The position numbers were made by a program, and so were the translations under genes. Source: a bacterium (lineage in GTDB: Bacteria; UBA8248). Taken from it: a stretch of 64,000 bases of DNA. Each line of letters begins with the position of its first letter. The stretch's first letter is position 1. The DNA lies in NCBI GenBank assembly GCA_965213685.1, contig CBDBZY010000036.1:32001-96000 (forward strand), given 5' to 3'. This document shows positions 1-9,623 of this stretch, piece after piece. The notes under the pieces are model-generated. The model had not been told where the DNA came from. It made no database searches and saw nothing but the letters and a program-made list of their open reading frames with translations.

Positions 1-97
1 CGCGGGGTTCGCGGGAGTTGACCTCCCGGACCATCGGCCGGAGCTTCTTGATGAGGCGATCGTTCGCCGTCCCGAACACGGACTGGAAGATCGACAT
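1..97 (-). CDS. secA: Preprotein translocase SecA, N-terminus (partial, runs off left edge)
   Basis: Manual translation from ATG at 97: MSIFQSVFGTANDRLIKKLRPMVREVNSREP, resembling the SecA N-terminal FG-x-x-NDR-x-x-K-x-L pattern. Not in ORF track. Confidence 0.8.
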   Translation of the reverse strand, partial: MSIFQSVFGTANDRLIKKLRPMVREVNSREPR

Positions 98-356
98 GGT
101 GGATTGAAAAACGGACCCTTTCATTCATCGCTCCATCGGGCTTTGCGCATCGAAAACCACTTCCCATTACGGGCAGGTTAGCATGGGGTTTGCCAGGAGA
201 AAAAGCAAATATCCCGGGCGGGAGGAGGAGGCGTCAAACGAATGACCGCAACACAACCTCGTCGAACGCGCGAATGAAATACCAATGCCAAAGAGACGAT
301 TGATCTTGATGAAGAGGAGACAACGCAATCTCGCCAAACGCGAGGATGAAATACCC

Positions 357-1190
357 TTAGTGCATGACAGCCCCGGAGTCGACGAGAATCGCCTGGCCCG
401 TGATGGTTTTCGCATCGTCGCTGGCCAGAAACGCGACCGCTCGTCCGATGTCCTCGGCCGATTGCTCGACCCCCATGGGCGTTTGCTTCACGAAATGATC
501 AAAAACCTCCCTGGCCGTTTTCCCGTGGAAGTTCGGGAATTTTTTTCGGAATTGCGCGGCCAGCTTCTCCCACATCGCACTCCAGATGAGTCCCGGACAA
601 ACGGCGTTCACCGTGATGCCCTCCCGCGCCACCTCCCGCGCGAGTGCCTGGGTGAATATGATGACCGCCGCCTTGCTCGCGCTGTAGTGCGGTATCGTTT
701 CGCGGCCATCCCGACCGGCGCGCGAGGAAATGTTGATCACGCGCCCCCAGCCCCTGCCCTTCATCTTTTCAAGGGCGGCCTGGCAGAGGAGAAAAACGCC
801 CTTCACGTTCACGTTGTACGTGTCGTCCCAATCGTCCTCGCGGATGTCGGACAAGGGCATGCCGAGCCGGAAGTCCGCCCCGCCGATGACGCCCGCGTTG
901 TTGACCACAATGTCCAGGCCGCCCAGCTCCCTGACGACCCTCTCCACTACGTCCGCGCATTGGCGCCCGTCCGTCACGTCGAGCGCATACGGTATGGCGC
1001 GGACGCCGAACGCGCTCATCTCTCTCGCCGTCGCCTCTGCCCCGGATGCCGAGATGTCGGCCGAGGCGATCTGGACGCCCTCCTCCGCCAGGCATTGGGC
1101 GATGCCGCGTCCGATCCCTCCTCCGGCGCCGGTGACGAGCGCGACCTTGCCCGGCAGGCCGCGTTCCCTGGAGAGCGGGGCAGGAGACAT
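357..1190 (-). CDS. SDR family NAD(P)-dependent oxidoreductase
   Basis: TGAGGGIG Rossmann motif, NNAG, YSASK catalytic motif. Confidence 0.93.
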   Translation of the reverse strand: MSPAPLSRERGLPGKVALVTGAGGGIGRGIAQCLAEEGVQIASADISASGAEATAREMSAFGVRAIPYALDVTDGRQCADVVERVVRELGGLDIVVNNAGVIGGADFRLGMPLSDIREDDWDDTYNVNVKGVFLLCQAALEKMKGRGWGRVINISSRAGRDGRETIPHYSASKAAVIIFTQALAREVAREGITVNAVCPGLIWSAMWEKLAAQFRKKFPNFHGKTAREVFDHFVKQTPMGVEQSAEDIGRAVAFLASDDAKTITGQAILVDSGAVMH

Positions 1191-1193
1191 CGC

Positions 1194-1589
1194 CTACCTG
1201 CCGTATCCCGTCATGGCACCACCCGCCTCGCGCCACTCCTCAAAGACCTGGAGGCTTTCCAGAACGGCGGGAACGCCGCTGTATGGCGACATCTGGAAGA
1301 TCACCTCCATGATCTCCCTGTCCGTCGCCCCGTAGCTCCTCGCCGCCGTGAAGTGAGAGCGCATCTGGTTGAATCGTCCGGTCACGCACAGGGCGGCCAG
1401 GGCGCAAAACTCTCTCGTCTTGTGCGGGATGACGTCCCGATCATACAGGCCGCCGTGGACGAACCGTTGGAACAGCATCGAGAAATCAGGGTCGAGCTTG
1501 TTCAGCCGGCCAAACAATTTCTCCGTATAGCCCTCTCCGTATTGCGCATCTCCGCGCCTGATCGCCGGAGGATAAAATTCTTCGCTCAT
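1194..1589 (-). CDS. Carboxymuconolactone decarboxylase (CMD) family protein
   Basis: From MSEEFYPP: GGLYDRDVIPHKTREFCALAAL...GATDREIMEVIFQMSPYSGVPA matches the CMD pattern. Start trimmed from the longer ORF. Confidence 0.82.
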   Translation of the reverse strand: MSEEFYPPAIRRGDAQYGEGYTEKLFGRLNKLDPDFSMLFQRFVHGGLYDRDVIPHKTREFCALAALCVTGRFNQMRSHFTAARSYGATDREIMEVIFQMSPYSGVPAVLESLQVFEEWREAGGAMTGYGR

Positions 1590-1624
1590 TTCCCGCTCTC
1601 CTCGGGGATGGCGTGCGAAAGCCG

Positions 1625-2551
1625 CTATTCCGCCTCGACAATTTTGTTGGTCAGTCGGCCCAGGCCGCCGATTTCCACCTCTACCACATCCCCCGGCACA
1701 AGGAAGGAGGGCGTCTCCCGCGCGTATCCCACCCCCGAGGGCGTCCCCGTCAGAAAGACGTCGCCCGGCTCCAGGGTGAAGCCTTCGGAAAGGACCGAGA
1801 TCATAGACGGGATATCGTGAATCATCATGCTTGTGCTGGAGTCCTGGCGCGCCTCGCCATTCACCCAGCTCCGCACGGTCTGGTTCATCGGGTCGCCATA
1901 GTCCTCCCTGGGGACGATGTATGGCCCCAGCGGGCATGTGCCGTCGAGGGTCTTGCCCTTGAATATCTGTTTATGGCGCCTCTGGATGTCCCGCGCGGAG
2001 ATGTCGTTTGCGCAGCAATAGCCGAAAATGTGCGCGTAGGCCTCGTCCCGGGGTATGTTTTTGGCGCGTTTGCCGATGATGACGGCGATTTCGGCCTCAT
2101 AGTCGAGTTTCTCCGTCACAGGATGGGCGGGAATGCCCTCGTTGTGCCCGATGAGGGTGCCCGGGGCCTTGGTGAAGAAGATGGGGTGGTCGAGTTCGAC
2201 CTTCGCCGTGCGCACGTCCTTCGCCTGCAATCCCTCGTTCACATGGTCCTGATAGTTGAGCCCCATGCAGAGGACGTGCTTGGGGGGATGGGGAACGGGG
2301 GCGATGTGGTGGACGTCGGCGGGGGCCATGAGGACGGGAGCCAGATTCTCGCTGTTGGCCTCCGCCTCCGAGATCAAATCGTGAAGCGCCGGGCCGGACG
2401 CCTCCCAGGCGTTGATGACGTCAATCATGCTGCCGAACGCCAGCTCCCTTTTCCCCAAAATTCCGGCCAGACGCGACAGGTGCGCGATTTTGTCGCCCAC
2501 ATACACGCCGACTCGCTCGAGTCCTCGGTAGCGATATGACAGCAGCTTCAT
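1625..2551 (-). CDS. Fumarylacetoacetate hydrolase family protein
   Basis: CMGLNYQDH, FFTK, DYEAE, NDISARD, GKTLD, TGTPSGVG motifs. Confidence 0.93.
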   Translation of the reverse strand: MKLLSYRYRGLERVGVYVGDKIAHLSRLAGILGKRELAFGSMIDVINAWEASGPALHDLISEAEANSENLAPVLMAPADVHHIAPVPHPPKHVLCMGLNYQDHVNEGLQAKDVRTAKVELDHPIFFTKAPGTLIGHNEGIPAHPVTEKLDYEAEIAVIIGKRAKNIPRDEAYAHIFGYCCANDISARDIQRRHKQIFKGKTLDGTCPLGPYIVPREDYGDPMNQTVRSWVNGEARQDSSTSMMIHDIPSMISVLSEGFTLEPGDVFLTGTPSGVGYARETPSFLVPGDVVEVEIGGLGRLTNKIVEAE

Positions 2552-2584
2552 TCGTATCTCCTCGATGAGATGGCTCTGGAAAAC

Positions 2585-3679
2585 TCAGGACACCCGATAG
2601 CGTTCGATCGCGTCGGGGGTGAATTCCACGCCATGGCCGGGTGCCTCCGGCACGTGGATGTACCCGTCGCGCACGGAAAAATCTTGCGTGAGGTCGTCTG
2701 CCGCGAAGAATTCCATGTATTCGACCATGTAGCCGGCGGGCGTTGCGCCCACCAGGCTGACCGACAATTCATGCGCCAGATGACTGCTGAGGGAGATGTT
2801 GAAGGCGTCGGCCAGGTGCGCGATTTTGATGAACTCCGTCACCCCGCCGCAGCGGCAGACGTCCGGCTGCAGGAACCCCGCCGCCCGGCGTTCGCATATT
2901 TCGCGAAAACCCCAGCGCATGTAGGCGTTCTCGCCCGCAGCGGTGGGCACCATGCTCCTCCCGGCTACTTCCGCCAGGTCATCGACGCAGTCGGCCAGCA
3001 CGGGTTCCTCGAACCAGGCGACGCCGTATTCCGCCAGCATGGAGGAAATCTCGACCGCCTCGCGCACGTTGTAGTTCTGGTTCGCATCGCAAAACAGAAT
3101 AAAATCCTCCCCCATATTTTTTCGGAGGAAGTCGATGCGCTCCCGATCCCGCGCCGTGCCGATCTTCAGCTTGTAGCCTCTCATGCCCAGTGCGGCGGCT
3201 TCCTGCGCCTCTTCGAGCAGCTCGGCGTCCGGCAGCGTGTGCCATCCCCCGCTCCCATATACCGGCGTCTTCTGGCGGAACCCGCCCAAAAGGCGGTTCA
3301 ACGGCAGGCCGGCTGCTTTCGCCACAACGTCCCAGCAGGCGATGTCCACCGCCGAGAGGGCGTACAGGCCCAGCCCTCCGCGCATCCTCGCCTTGTTCGG
3401 CGACCACATGCGGCTCCAGAGCGCCTCGGGGGCCAGGGCGTCCTGCCCCATCGCCAGGGGGGCCAGTTCGTTCTGGATGTATGGCAGCATCGCGGCGCCG
3501 CCCTCCCCGCCGAGCCCCATCGTGAAGCCCGTGCCCGTTGGACCGTCCTCGGTGCGCAGGTGAACGACGATCACGTCCAGGTGGGTATAGGTGCCGAGGG
3601 AGCTTTGAAACGTTTTCCGGAGGGGCACCTGGAGCCGAACGGGCTGGACGGAGCGTATTTTCAACTGGGGGTTTGACAT
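2585..3679 (-). CDS. Mandelate racemase/muconate lactonizing enzyme family (enolase superfamily, probable dehydratase)
   Basis: SAVDIACWD, KLKIG, DANQ, FEEP, GEN, QPD and SSH motifs (MR subgroup). Confidence 0.92.
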   Translation of the reverse strand: MSNPQLKIRSVQPVRLQVPLRKTFQSSLGTYTHLDVIVVHLRTEDGPTGTGFTMGLGGEGGAAMLPYIQNELAPLAMGQDALAPEALWSRMWSPNKARMRGGLGLYALSAVDIACWDVVAKAAGLPLNRLLGGFRQKTPVYGSGGWHTLPDAELLEEAQEAAALGMRGYKLKIGTARDRERIDFLRKNMGEDFILFCDANQNYNVREAVEISSMLAEYGVAWFEEPVLADCVDDLAEVAGRSMVPTAAGENAYMRWGFREICERRAAGFLQPDVCRCGGVTEFIKIAHLADAFNISLSSHLAHELSVSLVGATPAGYMVEYMEFFAADDLTQDFSVRDGYIHVPEAPGHGVEFTPDAIERYRVS

Positions 3680-3692
3680 TTCTCCCCTCCGC

Positions 3693-4868
3693 CTACAAAA
3701 AACGCATGGAGCGAACGCGCATGGCCTGGTTCGTTCCGTCGGAGTGCAAAAAGCTGGTCACGTCTCTCAGATATTTTTCCATCGGCGCGTCCGTCATGTA
3801 GCCGGTGCCGCCCCACACCTCCAACGCGCGCGTGGCCACCCGGTAGGATGACTCGGACACGAAGCATTTGGTCATAAAACCCATCTTGGGGTCATACAGG
3901 CCTGGCTGATCCGCCGTCCAGGCGGCATAGTGGAGCAACCGCCTGCTCGCTTCGTATTCGGCGAAGCAATCCGCGAGCATGAAGCCGACCGCCTGATGCT
4001 CGATAATCGGCCTGCCCCCCTGAATGCGGCTTCGCGCGTGGGCGAGGGCGTCCTCATAGGCCGCCCGGGCGGTGCCGAGAACCGTTGCGGCGGCCTCTAT
4101 GTTCGAGCCCGGAACGAAGTTGCGCCGCGCCGCCATGGCGTGGTTGACCTCGGTGATGCGATTTTCATCCGGCACCCTGCAATTCTCAAAAATCAGCTCC
4201 GCGTTCAGGGAGAGCCGCTGTCCCAGCTTGTCGTGAATCTTGCCGTAGCGAAAACCCTCCATGTCGGGCGTGATGAGGAAATACGTCAGCCCCTCGGACA
4301 CGCCCCTCGTCTCGTCCGTCCTCATGGCGACGATGCACAGCTTGGCGATTCCGCCGTTGCTGATATATCTCTTCTTCCCGTTCGCGATCCAACCCTCGCC
4401 GTCGCGAACCGCGCGCGTCCGGACGCCCGCGTCCGGGCTGTCATAGGGGATGATGTTGTCCGATCCGCCCGTTTCCTCCGTCATGCCCACGGCCAGATGA
4501 AAATGGTGGTCTTCCAGGAAAGATTTCAGGTAGCGCTCCCTTTGTCCCTCACTCGTCAGCCGCTCAAAGAGGTGGGTGATCTTCCACGTCTGGTCGAATG
4601 TGACGGCCGTGCCCAAATCGCCCCAGGCGATCTCCTCGCCCGCGATGCACAGGGAGAGGACGTCGCAGCCGCCGCCCCCCATCTCCTTGGGCAACGCGAG
4701 GGTTCTCAGGCCGAGCTTGCTCCCCTTCTCCAGAACGTCCCACGGGAAACGCTTCATGGGGTCGGGTTCTTTGTCCAGGGCCGCTGCGACGGGGCGAATC
4801 TCTTTCTCCGCGAAGTCGTGCGCCGTCTTTTGCAGTTTTTCCTGCTCGGGGGTGAGTGCGAAGTCCAT
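3693..4868 (-). CDS. Acyl-CoA dehydrogenase family flavoprotein
   Basis: MDFALTPEQ start, MTEETGGSD, NGKKRYISNG, GGTGY, EKYLRD; C-terminal SDGTNQ. Confidence 0.92.
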   Translation of the reverse strand: MDFALTPEQEKLQKTAHDFAEKEIRPVAAALDKEPDPMKRFPWDVLEKGSKLGLRTLALPKEMGGGGCDVLSLCIAGEEIAWGDLGTAVTFDQTWKITHLFERLTSEGQRERYLKSFLEDHHFHLAVGMTEETGGSDNIIPYDSPDAGVRTRAVRDGEGWIANGKKRYISNGGIAKLCIVAMRTDETRGVSEGLTYFLITPDMEGFRYGKIHDKLGQRLSLNAELIFENCRVPDENRITEVNHAMAARRNFVPGSNIEAAATVLGTARAAYEDALAHARSRIQGGRPIIEHQAVGFMLADCFAEYEASRRLLHYAAWTADQPGLYDPKMGFMTKCFVSESSYRVATRALEVWGGTGYMTDAPMEKYLRDVTSFLHSDGTNQAMRVRSMRFL

Positions 4869-5194
4869 TTTTCTCGCCCTTTGCTTTGCGCGGAGCCATC
4901 CACCGGCCAGCAGAAAGCGACCGGAAGAATCACCGCGATAGGGATACAGTTGCCGGCAGCGTTTCGCTTTGTCTCTGATCTTATCTTTTCGCTCTTTCCT
5001 CCGCAATCGCGCACAGGGGGCGCGTCGCCGCCTTCCCGCGCCTCCCGAATCCGGGCCGCCTGGCGCATCGCCATCTTCCCGCCGGTGAACGCGGCGAACC
5101 TGGATATGCGGGCGAAGCGAAAGAAACTCCCCGAAACCTCTGCGTGGAAGGACGATGGCGGCTTTGAAGTGAAATTTCTCGGCGCCGACGCGCT

Positions 5195-5911
5195 TCAGTC
5201 GTGGTAAATCGCCACCGCGCGCACGGGAGAGCCGGTGCCTTCGCGTATCTTGAGCGGCAGGCACGAAAAGATGAACTTCGTGTTCGCCACTTTCTGGAGG
5301 TTCGCCAGATTTTCCACGTTCAGGACTTTTCGCTCCCGGCACGCCTTATGCGCCCAATAGCCCTTGTCCTGGAACGCTTGCGAGGAATCGACGCTGGGCG
5401 AATCGATGCCGACGTTGACGCAGCCCCTGTCGGCCAGCCACGTCATGGCCGCTTCGCTCAGCCCCGGATACTTGTGGAGCCAGACGTGGTAATCGCCCCC
5501 GTAGTTCGCTTCGTAGTGCCCCGTCCATATGAGAACGCTCCCCCGGTCCGGGACTTGCAAGGCCGCCCTCTCGCACGCCTCCTCCAAATCGGAGGGCTGC
5601 ATCCATTCCTCCGTGTCGCAGAACCTGGACAAGTCCAGGCAAATCGCTTCCGTGTAGAACCACTCCAGCCCCAGCCGGTCGATGGTCTCGCCGTTCTTGT
5701 CGATATGGAAAAAGGCGTCCACATGGGTGGGGCCGTGGTCGCTCATGACGAGGCAGTTCGTCGTCGACGTGTGGCCGGATGGAGATTGGGCATAGGCCCT
5801 GGCCGTTTCGGCGTGTGTTTTGTTCGGGAAGACGCCCGTCCTCTGATGGCCGGGATAAACGGGCATTCCATTAAAAATCTCTTGCGACAGATCTACCAGT
5901 CGAAACCCCAT
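5195..5911 (-). CDS. Cyclase family metal-dependent hydrolase (kynurenine formamidase-like)
   Basis: DLS...MPVYPG, HGPTHVDAFFH, GIDSPSVD, VENL, GSPVRAVA. Confidence 0.9.
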   Translation of the reverse strand: MGFRLVDLSQEIFNGMPVYPGHQRTGVFPNKTHAETARAYAQSPSGHTSTTNCLVMSDHGPTHVDAFFHIDKNGETIDRLGLEWFYTEAICLDLSRFCDTEEWMQPSDLEEACERAALQVPDRGSVLIWTGHYEANYGGDYHVWLHKYPGLSEAAMTWLADRGCVNVGIDSPSVDSSQAFQDKGYWAHKACRERKVLNVENLANLQKVANTKFIFSCLPLKIREGTGSPVRAVAIYHD

Positions 5912-5982
5912 GTCAAGATTCTCCAGTCGTCATTCTGGTGATGCGGCGAAAAAGGCGCGTGCGCCCTCGGCGGTCATTTTAT

Positions 5983-6759
5983 TTATCCGCTGTTTTCGGT
6001 TTCCCACATACGCCATTTCAGGATCGTGGCGCCAAACGCGACGATGAGCAGCGCACTGGCGAGATGGGCGGCGCGAACCGGCCCGAGCCAGAGGCTATCC
6101 GCGCGGAAGCCGCTCACCGCGGCGCGGCCGAGCGAGTATAGAACAAAATAGAGGCAAAATATAAACCCGGGCTTGTGCTGCGTCAGCCGCAGCCTTCGCA
6201 GGATGAAAAACCAGGAGAGGTTCAACAGCAGCTCGTATATCATCACCGGGTGCGTCGCCTGCCCGGGAAACTGCCTGCCCGCGATGGCGTCCGCCGGAAA
6301 TTCGACCCCCCACGGCATCGTTGTCGGCACGCCGTGGGCGTCGCCGTTCATGAAATTTCCGAATCGCCCAAATACCTGGCCCAGCATGACGGCGGGCGCC
6401 ACCGCGTCGGCGAACTCCCACGTGGAAACCGGATGGCGCCTCAGGTAGATGTAGCCGGCCAGCACTCCCCCGATGAGGCCGCCGTGTATGGCGAGACCGC
6501 CCTTCCATACAGCGATGATTTCCCACGTGCCGCCGCTGTAAAACTTCCAGTTGAACAGGACGTAGTAGATTCTTCCGCCCAGGATGCCCGCGAACATGAC
6601 GATGAGGGCGAAGTTCATCACCTCGTCCGGGGTGATGGGCATCCTTTTCCGCGCCGCCTCCTTGCTCACCAGCCATGCGCCCGCCAGGACGGCGGCGACA
6701 TACATGAGTCCGTACCAGCGCAGCGCGAATGGCCCGATTTCAAATATGACGGGGCTCAA
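5983..6759 (-). CDS. lgt: Prolipoprotein diacylglyceryl transferase
   Basis: LRWYGLMY, GGRIYYV, GGLAIHGG, GRFGNFMNG, HPVMIYE; TTG start inferred. Confidence 0.95.
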   Translation of the reverse strand: MSPVIFEIGPFALRWYGLMYVAAVLAGAWLVSKEAARKRMPITPDEVMNFALIVMFAGILGGRIYYVLFNWKFYSGGTWEIIAVWKGGLAIHGGLIGGVLAGYIYLRRHPVSTWEFADAVAPAVMLGQVFGRFGNFMNGDAHGVPTTMPWGVEFPADAIAGRQFPGQATHPVMIYELLLNLSWFFILRRLRLTQHKPGFIFCLYFVLYSLGRAAVSGFRADSLWLGPVRAAHLASALLIVAFGATILKWRMWETENSG

Positions 6760-6898
6760 ATGTCCGCTTCCTCGACAAGCGGGCGATGCGCGCGCGGCCC
6801 GCCTTTGTGGGGGGGAGGAACGGTTTCGCGCTTTCCAACCGAACGGGCAACCGAACGGGGAGAGGCGGAGGCTGGCCGGACGGGACGAATGCGGCCGC

Positions 6899-7993
6899 TC
6901 ATTTCGGATGACGGTAGATGTGGCTTTCGGGATAATAATCCTTCCAGCCGAACCAGAACGCGAGCGTGCTCGGAATCTGGCGCAGGCGCGCGCCCTTTCG
7001 CGCTCCCGCAACGGCGAGACCGGTGAGGCGCTGCCATCGCGAACCCGTTTTTTCGTCCCGCATGAACCGGCAGGCGGCGGCGCCTTTCGCGTCTCCGCTC
7101 CCGGCGAGCGCGAACCGGAGCGTCTCTCCTCCCAGGACGCGATCAAAAACAACGCCGGCTCCCGCCCCCTCGCAATAGGTGATCAGGATTTCCCGGCCGG
7201 CGAGACGATCGTTCACCACCCCGGCGCGGTGCAGGTCGGCAAACGGATACGCCTTGGCCGCCCTTTGTCCGCGCTCCTTCGGCGCGTCCAGGGCGAGGCC
7301 GACCACCAGGGCTTTGGGATGCAGCCGGTTGTCCCTGTATTTTTGGGGGAGCACGCCGGTTTGCGCACTGTAGTAATACCCCTCGTAGGGGTCTCGCGAG
7401 CCGCCGCGCAACATGACGCCTCCCCTGCCCCTGCCCTCTTTTTTCAGTACCAGGGTGTCGGGATAGAGCCGCTTCCATTCTGAATAGCGGAGCATGGCGG
7501 AGGGATGCGTCTGGAGGCGCTTGCCCTTCAATGGGCCAACGACAGCCTCGCCCGTGAGGTGGCTCCAAAGAGAATCCGTTTGCCGATCATACATGATGAG
7601 GGCGTTTTTCCAGAGTTTTCCGGAGACGCCGAAAGTGAGCTCCCTGCCCCCCAGGTTCCGGTCATACACGATGGCCGTATAGCAAAGGGGTCACCACGTC
7701 ACGGCGATGGCGCGCCCGCCCACGACATCGTTGACAATCTCATGGGAGCTGAGCAGGGGAACCGCATAGGCCCTCTTGTCCCCCTCGATATTGATGCCGA
7801 TGACCATTTCGCCCGGACGCATGAATTCCTCGGCTTCTTCCGCCTTGGCAAACGCTGGCGCATCGATGGAGGGTATGGCGTCTTTCGGCAGCAGGGTGCG
7901 AATTTCGTCTTCGGCGCCCGCCCCGCAAAGCGCGGGAAAAACCAGCGCGCCGGAAAAGCATAACGCAAAAAGCGCGGCTCTCGCTTGCGGCAT
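6899..7993 (-). CDS. Exported DUF3179-family selenoprotein (UGA=Sec at 7691-7693, UPLC motif)
   Basis: ORFs 7691..7993 and 6899..7669 are in one frame and joined by TGG-TGA-CCC-CTT-TGC (W-U-P-L-C); HEIVND and FGVSGKL...NALIMYDRQTDSLW DUF3179 motifs; N-terminal signal-like segment. Confidence 0.85.
7665..7681 (-). promoter_or_regulatory. Putative bacterial SECIS hairpin
   Basis: TATACG-GCCAT-CGTGTA stem-loop; loop begins with G 16 nt after the UGA. Confidence 0.55.
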
Positions 7994-8024
7994 GGGAAGG
8001 ATCTCCTCGGGCGGCTACAGCTTG

Positions 8025-9449
8025 CTAGCGGCGAAAACCGTGGAGCACCGCGAAGGTGGTCCGCTCGCCGCGGTCCGTTCCCCGGGCGATCCGCGCCAAA
8101 ACGTTCGCTCCCGCCGGGATTTTTTTCAGCAGTTGCTCGACGTCCTCGAGTTTTTTGATCTCCACGCGGATGGGCATCCTCCCGCCGGGGGGGCGATACG
8201 TCAATTCGCTTATCACCATGCCTTTGCGCAGGCCATCCGCAAAGGCGCGGCTGCCCATTCTCACGTCGTGGACATACACGCCGCTCTTGGCCCGCAGTTT
8301 GCTCTTCTTCCGCAACGCATCGGTCAGATTTTCCAGGTCCACCCCGTAATCCTTGTCCTCCTCCGGTGGATGGCTCTCGCTCCCGGGCGTCTGCTTTGCC
8401 GCCATCCCCCGATCAGGCAAGCGGGCCAGCTTGACGGAGAACCGTTTTCTTTGGGCGTTGCGCACTACCTCCACGGTCACGGCCTCTCCCGGTGCCGTCC
8501 AGCCCACGAGCCGCTGCAGGTGGGACGTATCCGCTATGTTCGCGCCGTTGAGGCGAACGATCACGTCTCCCGCCTGAATGCCCGCTCCCGCTGCCGGCCC
8601 GTCTTTCAGCAAAGAGCCCACCAACGCGCCCTTCGGCTTCTGGAGCCCCAGGAGGTAGGTCATGTCCGGACTCACCTGCTGTATGCTCACCCCCAGATAG
8701 CCGCGGGGAAAATTGCCGATTCGCCGCAAATACTTGATGACGTCTTTCGCCATGTTCACGGGAATGGCGAATCCGATGCCGCTGCCGGGCGAGGGGATCG
8801 CCGTGTTGATGCCGATGACGTCTCCCGCAATGTTGACCAGCGGTCCGCCGCTGTTGCCTCGGTTGATGGCTGCGTCCGTCTGGATGAAATACTCATATCG
8901 CGCCACGCCGACGCCGGTGCGCCCAATCCCGCTCACGACGCCCACCGTGAAGGTTCTCGCAATGCCAAAAGGGTCTCCGACCGCTATCGACCACTGGCCC
9001 ACCCGCACCTCGTCGGAGTCTCCTAGGGTGGCGGCGGGCAGCGGACGCTCCGGATGAATCCTGATGAGCGCAAGGTCTGTATATCGATCCGTGCCGATGA
9101 CCTTCGCCCAGTACACCGACTCGTCCGCAAGCCGGACGCGCAGCCTCCCCGCGTCGCTCACCACGTGGTTATTCGTCAGAATGTATCCTTTCGGGTCGAT
9201 GATGACGCCAGAGCCGGACGAATACCGGGGAATCTGGGGGTGGGGTGCTTTCGGCCCCTTTTGCGCGGGGTCTCCCTTTTTCTCCGAGCGTATGCTCACG
9301 ACGGTCGGTTTCACCCTGTCCGCTATGCGGGTGAATACCGTTTCGATTGTTCTCATCAAATCGAGACCGGATCCGGCACAGGCAGGCGCGGCGGCGAGGT
9401 GCGCGAAAAATACCAGAAACATCGACACAATGACGGCCCGATAAATCAT
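8025..9449 (-). CDS. DegP/HtrA (Do family) serine endoprotease with two PDZ domains
   Basis: GSGVII, LTNNHVV, TDLAL, QTDAAINRGNSGGPL; signal peptide. Confidence 0.95.
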   Translation of the reverse strand: MIYRAVIVSMFLVFFAHLAAAPACAGSGLDLMRTIETVFTRIADRVKPTVVSIRSEKKGDPAQKGPKAPHPQIPRYSSGSGVIIDPKGYILTNNHVVSDAGRLRVRLADESVYWAKVIGTDRYTDLALIRIHPERPLPAATLGDSDEVRVGQWSIAVGDPFGIARTFTVGVVSGIGRTGVGVARYEYFIQTDAAINRGNSGGPLVNIAGDVIGINTAIPSPGSGIGFAIPVNMAKDVIKYLRRIGNFPRGYLGVSIQQVSPDMTYLLGLQKPKGALVGSLLKDGPAAGAGIQAGDVIVRLNGANIADTSHLQRLVGWTAPGEAVTVEVVRNAQRKRFSVKLARLPDRGMAAKQTPGSESHPPEEDKDYGVDLENLTDALRKKSKLRAKSGVYVHDVRMGSRAFADGLRKGMVISELTYRPPGGRMPIRVEIKKLEDVEQLLKKIPAGANVLARIARGTDRGERTTFAVLHGFRR

Positions 9450-9623
9450 CGTTCCCTCTCTGTTTGGCAGCGACAGCGGATATTTTCTCATCAGCGGCTA
9501 CGCCTGGAACCGGTAAAGAGCGCGCCGACGAAGGCGCTCCCGAAGAGATAGCCCAACCATTCCAGCGCGCATCATGGCATCAAATACCAGAGACGTTTTG
9601 TTCAACCATTTCAAAGATATACA

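Noticed and set aside
285-1820. Long plus-strand ORF (511 aa) and many similar antisense ORFs across the window
   Set aside because: Shadow ORFs opposite well-supported genes in GC-rich DNA, with no recognisable motifs
6836-6859. Tandem 12-bp repeat CAACCGAACGGG x2
   Set aside because: Only two copies and no spacers; not a CRISPR array or iteron set
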